Source: a virus
Taxonomy: Duplodnaviria > Caudoviricetes
IMG/VR virus record: IMGVR_UViG_3300046383_000033
Coordinates: 1-48,580 of that record
Reading direction: 5' to 3' (one strand)
DNA length: 48,580 nucleotides
The notes under the pieces are model-generated. The model was not told the origin of the DNA. It was given only the letters and a program-made list of their open reading frames with translations, and ran no database searches. A program made the position numbers and the translations under genes. Below are positions 18,729 to 25,810 of the stretch, piece by piece. The stretch's first letter is position 1; each line of letters starts with the position of its first letter.

Positions 18729-19098
18729 GTCCGTCTCCTTGTTCGCGCCCGAAGATGGCTCGGGCATTCAATGGATCGTTCGCTTCCATCACCTTGCGGC
18801 AGCGCTCCAGCATGTTCTGCACTTCGAGCAGGGCGCTTCTAAGGCCTTCGGCCTGCGCGCGCAGCACCGTCACGTGGTCAATGGCCTCCTGCGCCTTCTC
18901 CCATGCAGACTCGCCCTCGTATTCGCGCAACACTTCCTCAACCGTCTGAAGGTCGCCGCGCAGCTCATCCCAGCGGTTGAACTCCTTCATCGTCGCCTCG
19001 CCGTGGACGTGCGCGCACTGGCGCATGCTGATCGTGGCAATCGCCCCGCGCAGCATGGCAGCGTGAACCTTCTCGGCGGTGTCGAGTTCGGCGATCAC
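18682..19098 (-). CDS. hypothetical coiled-coil protein
   Basis: GTGA coupling; C-terminal motif shared with 15066..15437. Confidence 0.6.
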   Translation of the reverse strand: MIAELDTAEKVHAAMLRGAIATISMRQCAHVHGEATMKEFNRWDELRGDLQTVEEVLREYEGESAWEKAQEAIDHVTVLRAQAEGLRSALLEVQNMLERCRKVMEANDPLNARAIFGREQGDGHGEQARQTSGPSGTV

Positions 19099-19376
19099 GA
19101 GGGCTTGCCCTCGGGTTTACTGCGGTCATCGATGAAGCGGCCCGTCTTGATGCTTTTGGTGAGCACCACATCGAGGAACTTGACGAAGTAGGGCAACTCC
19201 TCGGGAGCTACGCTTGAGAGCATCGCGATGGTCGTCGTCTTTTCGCCCGATTGCGTCTCCGGCACGGCGACGATGAAGTAGTCCCACTGCCGCGTGTCAT
19301 CCTTCTCGACCGCAGCGCGCATGATGTCGGCGGCCTGCTCAATGGAGTGCTTGATACGCTCGAAATCGTTGCTCAT
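19095..19376 (-). CDS. hypothetical protein
   Basis: ATGA coupling. Confidence 0.6.
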   Translation of the reverse strand: MSNDFERIKHSIEQAADIMRAAVEKDDTRQWDYFIVAVPETQSGEKTTTIAMLSSVAPEELPYFVKFLDVVLTKSIKTGRFIDDRSKPEGKPS

Positions 19377-19678
19377 TTCAGCCACTCCGGGCCCGCGCCG
19401 CAGCGCAGGCATTTGTGGCCGGCGTGCGTGCTTTCAGCGGCCGGCTTGCGAAGTCCAACGACGCGCGTGGGGGGTACGTGAATGTGGCGCATGTATGTCA
19501 CCGGGTCAGTCATGAAAACCAACAGCTCCTCGGGGTAGAGCCACACTTCGCACGCCTTGCGCTTCGCGTCCAACATGTAGACGGAAATCGCCATGCCCAT
19601 TTCGGCCATTCGGTCGATCATCTGCTCGACCGTTCTCGGCGCGAGCGCAAGTAGTTGCTCGGCGGTCAGCCGCTTCAC
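19373..19678 (-). CDS. hypothetical protein
   Basis: GTGA coupling; C-terminal CxxC. Confidence 0.5.
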   Translation of the reverse strand: MKRLTAEQLLALAPRTVEQMIDRMAEMGMAISVYMLDAKRKACEVWLYPEELLVFMTDPVTYMRHIHVPPTRVVGLRKPAAESTHAGHKCLRCGAGPEWLK

Positions 19679-19884
19679 GACGGCTGCTCCGGCAACTCCA
19701 CCCCCGCATCCTCGAGCGCCGCCTTCATGTCCCCTTCGGTCTTGCCGTAGAAGATCAACACGTGCCCGCTCGTGCATCCGAGTTCCCTCAGATCGATGTC
19801 GATGGGGTGGCCGTTCATCAGTAGTTCGATGTTCTTGGCCGATAGGCCAAAGACGAACCTGTCACCAGCGCGGGCTTTCAACAT
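19675..19884 (-). CDS. hypothetical phage protein
   Basis: GGAGG RBS; 'GLS..NI..L..G.PI...L' pattern. Confidence 0.65.
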   Translation of the reverse strand: MLKARAGDRFVFGLSAKNIELLMNGHPIDIDLRELGCTSGHVLIFYGKTEGDMKAALEDAGVELPEQPS

Positions 19885-20075
19885 CAGCGACCCTCCTGCT
19901 CGTACTTGCGCATGCGCTCACGCAACGCATACATCGCGTCATGCTCCAGCGTCACAAGGATGTTCACGAGCCAGTTGTAATCCGTCCCCGTGAATGGCTG
20001 GACGGCACGACACTTGCGAATCAGTTCCTGCAAGGTCGCCCGGTCGGGCAGCGGCAGACTGTCGTCTTCAAACAT
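19884..20075 (-). CDS. hypothetical protein, first gene of the leftward accessory operon
   Basis: GGAGCTG leader directly before ATG. Confidence 0.6.
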   Translation of the reverse strand: MFEDDSLPLPDRATLQELIRKCRAVQPFTGTDYNWLVNILVTLEHDAMYALRERMRKYEQEGR

Positions 20076-20416
20076 GGCAGCTCCATTTGCACACGACGAA
20101 TTGCGGCGAGGGTGTAACCTAAACGTTGCCACCTCTGTAAGAAAGTACGACGTTATACCGATATCAGTAGGTATCGACTGCCACCAGTACGGATCGTGAT
20201 GGCCCTAGAGGGAACCCCCGGAGCTTCTGGCTGCGCCAGACTCGCCTTCTGCTTCGCAGTTTGGGAATCCGGGAAGAAGGGAAATTTTGAAGGGGGGTCG
20301 AGAATCAAAAAATAGCAGTGGTCGCGGCGGGCGGCCGGGGGTCGCGGGCGCATAGAAGATCGCGCGGTTCTTTCATGCAAACGTCCATCTCCCTAGTAGG
20401 GATGTGGCCAGCCATC

Positions 20417-20917
20417 TTAACTCGTTGTCTCCGCTGGCTTTGTTGGGCCTTTTAGTCTGCCGTCTGCCCGATACCTGCCAACTCTGCTTTCCAGCTCGTT
20501 CTGCGTAGCCTCGATGAGCTGATTCAGCTCGCCCACCGACAGCTCACGCACTGACTTGACCGGCGCGGAGTGATCCCGTTTCAGATCGCCGGACACCTCC
20601 AAGGCCGTGCGGATGGCCAGAACATGCGCCCTCAGATCCGTCTGCGGAGTGCTTAGGATTTCTTCCAGGCACACAGACGCCCTCCTGCCAAGCCTTCTAG
20701 CTCTCTCGTTCGCCAGCTCAGCCGCCGCCAGCCTCACATCCTCATCGCGGCAGAACGCTTGCACGGCTCGCTGGCTGTCGAAGCCGCACCGAGTCCTGAT
20801 GAAGCTCTGAGGCATGCCGGCAGCGAGGAGAACGATTGCAAGCTCGGCGTCCGGTCCGTCGTTGCCGGGAGCATTGCCGGCAAGGTCTTCCGGCCACATT
20901 GCTGTCTGCTCTTCCAT
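20417..20917 (-). CDS. putative terminase small subunit
   Basis: N-terminal HTH-like segment, central helices 'ASVCLEEIL...RAHVLAIRTAL', C-terminal 'ELSVGELNQLI'. Confidence 0.5.
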   Translation of the reverse strand: MEEQTAMWPEDLAGNAPGNDGPDAELAIVLLAAGMPQSFIRTRCGFDSQRAVQAFCRDEDVRLAAAELANERARRLGRRASVCLEEILSTPQTDLRAHVLAIRTALEVSGDLKRDHSAPVKSVRELSVGELNQLIEATQNELESRVGRYRADGRLKGPTKPAETTS

Positions 20918-21005
20918 AGACGTCTAAGTAGATAGTTCTTCCTTGTAGACCATAGACGTCTGAGGACGTCCTTTGCCAATCTCAGGACGTCCTTAGACAG
21001 ACGTA
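20916..21005. repeat. cluster of GACGTC-centred palindromes (operator, iteron or packaging site candidate)
   Basis: TAGACGTCTA 20917, AGACGTCT 20954, AGGACGTCCT 20963 and 20984, AGACGTA 20999. Confidence 0.65.
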
Positions 21006-21090
21006 TCAGGATGGGATCTCCTCCCAGCCCCGCCGCCCGCCAGCCTGCGCCTTGATGCGCCGCACGCGCAACGACACGTAACGACAGTGG

Positions 21091-21120
21091 TTGATCGATA
21101 CGGGTGTACCGTGATACAAC
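21091..21120 (+). promoter_or_regulatory. candidate sigma70 promoter for the early array
   Basis: TTGATC-N18-TACAAC with extended -10 TG. Confidence 0.45.
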
Positions 21121-21174
21121 GGTGTCGGGTCGCGTCTTGTCTGTGTGAGAGCAGGCACCGACGAGGCCCACCGT
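21119..21174 (+). other. long irregular RNA hairpin (candidate processing site)
   Basis: ACGGT/ACCGT, GGGTC/GGCCC, G-A mismatch, CGTC/GACG, TGTCTGT/GCAGGCA, loop GTGAGA. Confidence 0.55.
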
Positions 21175-21196
21175 AACAACCTGATCGGAGCTGAAC

Positions 21197-21532
21197 ATGA
21201 ACGAGAACGAGAAGCGCCAGAAGCGCGAACGCGAATTAGTGCGCGGAGTCATTCGCGCCCTCAAGGCTGCCGGCTGGGAGCCGCACTCAGTTGACGACGG
21301 CGGCGACGAGCCAGAAGCCGCCACGACCGAGGGCGCAGTGCTCGAAGCCGTGTTTGCCGTCGATCTAGCTACCGCGTGGTTTCGCCACGCCGGCCACCCG
21401 CGCAAGTGCTGCGTCTTTTTTGTGTGCGGTGAGGGCGATGACATCATTGCGGATCACTCCGCGCCCGAGCCCGATCCGGCGAACTTCGCCGCCACGATTG
21501 ACGCGTTCATGCGCGCCAAGGGCCTCTACTGA
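21197..21532 (+). CDS. early hypothetical protein
   Basis: GGAGCTG leader; 'VDDGGDE...G.G.DIIADHS' pattern. Confidence 0.75.
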   Translation: MNENEKRQKRERELVRGVIRALKAAGWEPHSVDDGGDEPEAATTEGAVLEAVFAVDLATAWFRHAGHPRKCCVFFVCGEGDDIIADHSAPEPDPANFAATIDAFMRAKGLY

Positions 21533-21590
21533 GTCGGTGGCCGCGTTGTGCGTCTTCTCACGAGGGCGCACAGCGAGGCATCCCGCCTCA
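21530..21590 (+). other. long RNA hairpin (candidate processing site)
   Basis: 14-bp upper stem CGTTGTGCGTCTTC/GAGGGCGCACAGCG above a G-A mismatch; loop TCAC. Confidence 0.6.
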
Positions 21591-21606
21591 TTCGGAGCTG
21601 TTACAC

Positions 21607-21816
21607 ATGAACCCTTACGCTTTGCCGCGCGCCTCCTCTGGCCGCTTCACTCGTCGCCGCGCTCTTGCCGTCCGCGCCCACTTCCATCAGCCGTGCGCCC
21701 GGACCCGTTTCGGCTGGGAGCCGACACCCGTCCGCGCTGGCTTCGGCCTGTGCGCCCTGGCCGTCATGGTCGGCTTCTTGTCGGTGATGCTCCTCGCCTG
21801 CGCGGTGATCCAGTGA
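21607..21816 (+). CDS. small membrane protein
   Basis: GGAGCTG leader; C-terminal hydrophobic helix. Confidence 0.6.
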   Translation: MNPYALPRASSGRFTRRRALAVRAHFHQPCARTRFGWEPTPVRAGFGLCALAVMVGFLSVMLLACAVIQ

Positions 21817-22163
21817 GCGCCGTTGAGATGGCGCGCCGCGATGATGCGCTCGCGTTGATTGTTGCCGAGCTGGACAGCCAGCGCCTTGACCCTCGCGCGT
21901 TTCTGCGAGTCCCCGGCAAGTGGCTTGCGGCTTGCGGTTACGGTGACGCCGACCGCGTGCTTCCCGTGCTGAAAGTCGATGTGCGGTCTGACTGGTGGAC
22001 GTTCGCCACCGTTGACGCTTCGAGCATCGGCGGCCTGTCGCGTTGGGTGGTCCACGTGCCGTGCAGGGGCGCGACGTTCCAGAGCGCGCCGGAGTCCATC
22101 GAGGCCGACGCCACGCGTTGCCCTCACGCGGACTGGTACGACACGAGTGCCGAGCTGCGCTGA
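21813..22163 (+). CDS. hypothetical protein
   Basis: GTGA coupling. Confidence 0.55.
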   Translation: MSAVEMARRDDALALIVAELDSQRLDPRAFLRVPGKWLAACGYGDADRVLPVLKVDVRSDWWTFATVDASSIGGLSRWVVHVPCRGATFQSAPESIEADATRCPHADWYDTSAELR

Positions 22164-22212
22164 TTGCGCCGCCTCATGGGCCCGGTGTCGCCGGGTTCAT
22201 GGGGAGACGCAA
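22163..22212 (+). other. long RNA hairpin (candidate processing site)
   Basis: 14-bp upper stem CCTCATGGGCCCGG/CCGGGTTCATGGGG above a G-A mismatch; lower stem ATTGCG/CGCAAT. Confidence 0.6.
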
Positions 22213-22246
22213 TTCCGCGCCTCACTACTGATCGGAGCTGTATCAC

Positions 22247-22432
22247 ATGCAAAACGTCAAGACCGAAGTTAAAGGCAACATCCTGACAATTACCGTGGAC
22301 CTGTCGAAGCGCCTCGGCCCGTCGAGCACGGGAAAGACCATGCTCGTAGCCAGCAGCGAGGGCAGCAGCAAGGTCCCCGGCCACGAGGGCGTGAAGTTCA
22401 CGCTGTCGGCCTTCACGGGTCTGAATCAGTGA
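22247..22432 (+). CDS. small conserved beta-rich protein
   Basis: GGAGCTG leader; 'L.I.VDLSK..G.S.TGKT..VAS..G' pattern. Confidence 0.75.
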   Translation: MQNVKTEVKGNILTITVDLSKRLGPSSTGKTMLVASSEGSSKVPGHEGVKFTLSAFTGLNQ

Positions 22433-22686
22433 GGGCGCGCTGGGATCTGTCGGGCATCCGCCAGACACGGGACGCGCACATGCGCCGCGCTCGCTTCGCT
22501 TTCAAGATGGCCGTTGAGACCACTGGCGAGACTGCGCGCGTCTGGCGCGCCCACGCGCGCCAGCACGTGAAGGCCGCGCGTCGCGAACACTGGATGGTTG
22601 TAGCGCGTGAGCGCTCGCTGTCCGCTGGCCAGTTCACGCGCCGCACCCACGGCGCGCGCAGCGGGCTGGAGGTGCGCGCTCACTAG
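22429..22686 (+). CDS. Arg-rich hypothetical protein
   Basis: GTGA coupling; stop overlaps hammerhead 1. Confidence 0.5.
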   Translation: MRARWDLSGIRQTRDAHMRRARFAFKMAVETTGETARVWRAHARQHVKAARREHWMVVARERSLSAGQFTRRTHGARSGLEVRAH

Positions 22687-22753
22687 GTCGAAACATGGGC
22701 GCGCGTGAGAGTGCGCGCCCATGTCTGCCCGTCACGCGGGCACTGATGAGACC
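22686..22753 (+). ncRNA. hammerhead ribozyme, type II (HH1); predicted cut after C22725
   Basis: GGTC-GAAA-CATGGGCGCGC/GCGCGCCCATG-TC-TGCCCG/CGGGCA-CTGATGA-GACC; full core and three stems; GUC triplet. Confidence 0.9.
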
Positions 22754-22775
22754 AACTAACTAGGAGCTGTAACCG

Positions 22776-23369
22776 ATGAACGAAGAAACCAAGAAACTCG
22801 CGGGCCTCGTCGCCGCCATTGCCAAGGCAATGGGCGCGACTGTCACGCGCGCGCCAGACGCTGAACTCTATTGGAGCGCCAAGGTCCGCACCGCTGACGG
22901 GGTGGACCTTTGGCTATCCAAGAACATGGAGAACCGCCTACGCGCCGCCGTGGACCTTCCGGCGATCAAAGACCGCGATGGCAACGACCGCCAGCAAACC
23001 GTGCGCGATGTGTTGCCATACGGCGAGACCGCGCCAGTGACCGACATCACCGTGAGCATGGACCGCGAGCCCGAAGCCATCGCGCGCGACATCATGCGCC
23101 GCCTCGTACCTGGGGCGAGCGTGGTCTATGCGAAGGCGCTGGAGCGCAAGCGAACGGCCGAGGAGTACGCGCGCGGCACTAACGAGACGCTGGCGAGACT
23201 CGCGAAGGCGTGGAAGTGCAACCCGCGACACGGCACCAACCTTTACCCCGGCAGCGTCACGGTCAACGTGAGCGGCCCCAACTCTGTGAGCTTCGACCGC
23301 ATCTACTGCAACCCTGAGACCGCCATCGCGATTGTGAAACTGCTACAGGCAGACAAGGGGGGCGAATGA
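22776..23369 (+). CDS. early hypothetical protein
   Basis: AACTAACTAGGAGCTG leader. Confidence 0.75.
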   Translation: MNEETKKLAGLVAAIAKAMGATVTRAPDAELYWSAKVRTADGVDLWLSKNMENRLRAAVDLPAIKDRDGNDRQQTVRDVLPYGETAPVTDITVSMDREPEAIARDIMRRLVPGASVVYAKALERKRTAEEYARGTNETLARLAKAWKCNPRHGTNLYPGSVTVNVSGPNSVSFDRIYCNPETAIAIVKLLQADKGGE

Positions 23370-23671
23370 GCGCGCCCGAGCTGGACAAGTGGGGACCGAA
23401 GCCGCCGCGCGAAATCACGGCGGAACGCTTTCACGACATGTTGAACGTGTTGCCACCGTGCAAGTGGCGCGGCATCGGCGCAGCGTTCGAGTCGTTCCAC
23501 GTGTCCGAGCGCCTGAGCGGCAATGTGGTCTCTTGGTTCTGCCGCCTGAGTGACCGGTACTTTCAGGTTGACCAGTTGTCCACGATCCCACGCGCGGAGC
23601 TGGAGCGCATGGTGCGCGAGGAGCTGGGGCGCGTCGTTGTCATGGAGCTATCCGGCACCCGCCACCGCTGA
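23366..23671 (+). CDS. DUF1419-like protein
   Basis: 'EITAERFHDMLNVLPP..W...F.VSE..SG....F....RYF'. Confidence 0.6.
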   Translation: MSAPELDKWGPKPPREITAERFHDMLNVLPPCKWRGIGAAFESFHVSERLSGNVVSWFCRLSDRYFQVDQLSTIPRAELERMVREELGRVVVMELSGTRHR

Positions 23672-23718
23672 CACTCTGATGAGCCCGGAAGGGCGAAACG
23701 CCGTGAGGCGTCAGTGTC
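23670..23718 (+). ncRNA. hammerhead ribozyme, type I (HH2); predicted cut after C23712
   Basis: GACACT-CTGATGA-GCCC(GGAA)GGGC-GAAA-CGCC(GTGA)GGCG-TC-AGTGTC. Confidence 0.93.
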
Positions 23719-23739
23719 TAACTAACTTCGGAGCTGTCA

Positions 23740-24099
23740 ATGGGAACGTATTTTACTCAAGGGGCCGATAAGGCCGCCATCATCGCGGAGTGCCTTCAGA
23801 GCTGCCGCGCGACGAAACACACCGTCAACGGAAATCGCCTGTGGGCCGTTGGCCAATCGCGTGACGGGACTCGCTACGTCATCCTGTTCAAGCTGGAGAA
23901 CGGCGGGCGCATCGGTTGGGGATACAAGCCCCTCGATGAAACCGTGGGCCCCTGCTACTACGATTGCCCGCTCGAATACGTGCAAGAGGTCGAGGCCTTC
24001 CCGCCCATCGCATACGCGGAGGAGTGGCGCGCCAAGGTGTACGCGCACCATGGCGCAAACCGCGCTGGCTATCTGGCGCAACAGGCACTCCCGCTGTAA
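23740..24099 (+). CDS. DUF6927-like protein
   Basis: 'LWAV...WGYKPLDETVGPCYYDCP...WR'; AACTAACTTCGGAGCTG leader. Confidence 0.65.
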   Translation: MGTYFTQGADKAAIIAECLQSCRATKHTVNGNRLWAVGQSRDGTRYVILFKLENGGRIGWGYKPLDETVGPCYYDCPLEYVQEVEAFPPIAYAEEWRAKVYAHHGANRAGYLAQQALPL

Positions 24100-24149
24100 C
24101 CCGCTGATGAGGCCCGCGAGGGGCCGAAACGCCGCGAGGCGTCCGGGTT
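24098..24149 (+). ncRNA. hammerhead ribozyme, type I (HH3); predicted cut after C24143
   Basis: AACCCG-CTGATGA-GGCCC(GCGAG)GGGCC-GAAA-CGCC(GCGA)GGCG-TC-CGGGTT. Confidence 0.93.
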
Positions 24150-24226
24150 GAGAAAACGTGTCAAGCGATTTTTGTTTGCGACAACCGGCCCGCCGGTTTC
24201 CGCGAATCGACACGAGCCGAGCAGGG

Positions 24227-24261
24227 TAGATAGGAGCCCTATCTAGTCGCTTTGGTAAAAT
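24227..24261 (+). promoter_or_regulatory. candidate extended -10 promoter preceded by an inverted repeat
   Basis: TAGATAGG-agc-CCTATCTA, then TGgTAAAAT. Confidence 0.4.
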
Positions 24262-24317
24262 ACCCTTACGCGCGTCACATTCGGCGCGCGAGCTGTTTAA
24301 CAACCGGAGCTGTAAAC

Positions 24318-24623
24318 ATGACTGAACAAGTGTCAGGCGAAACCGTGGCCGACGATCAGGATTTAAACGCCAAATATCGCGTGATGGAATTCAAGGTGGC
24401 CGGTAGTCGAAAGGCCGTGTACCTGTTGAACCCCGGCGATCACTTCCAAAGGTTCGGGGGATCATCTTGCGGGCTTGTCGTCCGCAAAACCGCCAGCCTC
24501 ATCGTTAGCGAGTGGCAAGGAGGCTGTCGGCATGACACGGAATACGACATCAACAAGCCGGACGTGTGGGCGCGGATACTCAATGCGTACCGTGGTTCAC
24601 TCGGCTTGCCGGTGACGGTATGA
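24318..24623 (+). CDS. hypothetical protein
   Basis: AACAACCGGAGCTG leader. Confidence 0.7.
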   Translation: MTEQVSGETVADDQDLNAKYRVMEFKVAGSRKAVYLLNPGDHFQRFGGSSCGLVVRKTASLIVSEWQGGCRHDTEYDINKPDVWARILNAYRGSLGLPVTV

Positions 24624-24847
24624 ACGACCAAGCCATCGGGAAAATGTTCACCGATCTGGAGAACGCTGAGGCCAAGCTGATGCGCGCGTTCAATCGGTGG
24701 GCGAAACTGAAAGCCAAGGTGCGGCGATTCGACAAGCGGTATGCCAAGGAGCTGGCGGCGGCGATGCCCGTTCACGATCTACCTAGGGGCGCGAAACCGT
24801 GGCCGCAGGACATGGAGCATAAAGGAGGCAACAAGAGAAAACGCTGA
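24620..24847 (+). CDS. hypothetical basic helical protein
   Basis: ATGA coupling. Confidence 0.65.
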   Translation: MNDQAIGKMFTDLENAEAKLMRAFNRWAKLKAKVRRFDKRYAKELAAAMPVHDLPRGAKPWPQDMEHKGGNKRKR

Positions 24848-24854
24848 TGATTCA

Positions 24855-24888
24855 CCAACGCCGGGGGCGGTATGCTCCCGGCCGTTGG
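24855..24888 (+). other. intergenic RNA hairpin
   Basis: CCAACG/CGTTGG plus CCGGGGGC/GCTCCCGG. Confidence 0.5.
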
Positions 24889-24914
24889 CCAACTACCCAA
24901 CTGGAGCTGAAACC

Positions 24915-25601
24915 ATGCAGAAGAAAAAACCCGCGCCAACGTGGCGCGCGGATCGAGTGCGCCGGGCCGATGCCGGCGGCACATTGTGGAACGCTGTCCA
25001 CGTCTCAAGCGGGCACGAATACTGGGGCGTCCCGAGTTACGACGCTGAGGCCATCGGCCGGCGAGTCCAGGCGCTCAACGAGGCGCGCGCGCCACTCGGC
25101 CGCGCGAAACCCGTCAACCTCGTCCGCACCATCGAAGACATTTTCAACTTGTACGACGGACAGGAAGTGAACGGCGAGACTCACGCGCGCATCGTGGAAA
25201 TCCTGACCAATGCTGGCTACGTGGTCCGCGAACCGCTGGATGAGTTGGAACCAATGGGATGCAATACCCGCGAGGAAAACGTCGCCGAAATGATGGCCGA
25301 CGAAGAGCGGGCGAAAGCCAAGGCCGATTGTGAATATGACTATGAGCACCTTGAGGCCGCTGCCTGCATGTGGGAGCACGTGTTACATCGCCTGAGGCGC
25401 GTCAAGCCCGGCGACAAGAACCCGTGGGACGAATACCGCAACGCCTACGGAATGGCGGCGCTGCGCGAGGCCGTGATCCGCCACGCACCGACGCTGGAGA
25501 CGGAGTATCAGGCAGCCGTCGCCAATGGGTTCAATGAGCCCTTTGATTGGGAGTACGTGCCGAAGTACATGGAGCAGTACGTGACGAGGATACTCACGTG
25601 A
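24915..25601 (+). CDS. hypothetical protein
   Basis: CAACTGGAGCTG leader. Confidence 0.7.
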   Translation: MQKKKPAPTWRADRVRRADAGGTLWNAVHVSSGHEYWGVPSYDAEAIGRRVQALNEARAPLGRAKPVNLVRTIEDIFNLYDGQEVNGETHARIVEILTNAGYVVREPLDELEPMGCNTREENVAEMMADEERAKAKADCEYDYEHLEAAACMWEHVLHRLRRVKPGDKNPWDEYRNAYGMAALREAVIRHAPTLETEYQAAVANGFNEPFDWEYVPKYMEQYVTRILT

Positions 25602-25726
25602 CCGAAGCGCTTGTGATTTTGGCCGTGTATGCGTTGCTCGCATACTTGGCTTACATGGCCGGCGGCGTCTGGCTACTGACCATCACCGTGATGGCAATAG
25701 CCGCGCTCACGTGGGCGGCGAAGTGA
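25598..25726 (+). CDS. 42-aa hydrophobic membrane peptide (not in ORF track)
   Basis: GTGA coupling; MTEALVILAVYALLAYLAYMAGGVWLLTITVMAIAALTWAAK. Confidence 0.55.
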   Translation: MTEALVILAVYALLAYLAYMAGGVWLLTITVMAIAALTWAAK

Positions 25727-25768
25727 TCGCGAGGCCGGAGCCGTAACCGACGACAACAACGGCGAGTT

Positions 25769-25810
25769 AAACCCCGGACGGGCTTCCCACCCTCCGGGGT
25801 TTACTTTTTT
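25769..25810 (+). terminator. intrinsic terminator between convergent units
   Basis: AAACCCCGGA...TCCGGGGTTT followed by ACTTTTTT. Confidence 0.7.

Noticed and set aside
20734-21447. Minus-strand ORF with repeated KDVLR/LRRLW peptides
   Set aside because: Only reflects the DNA palindrome cluster; overlaps two better genes
21119-22212. Intergenic hairpins as terminators or as twister/pistol/HDV ribozymes
   Set aside because: No U-tracts and no recognisable catalytic consensus or pseudoknots
24844-24890. CTGATGA at a gene junction as a fourth hammerhead
   Set aside because: No GAAA or stem II/III arrangement; explained by tandem stop codons followed by a plain hairpin
21187-24910. Repeated leaders as a CRISPR array or integron attC sites
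   Set aside because: Repeats are only 7-16 bp, spaced by whole genes, with no cas genes or GTTRRRY/RYYYAAC boxes
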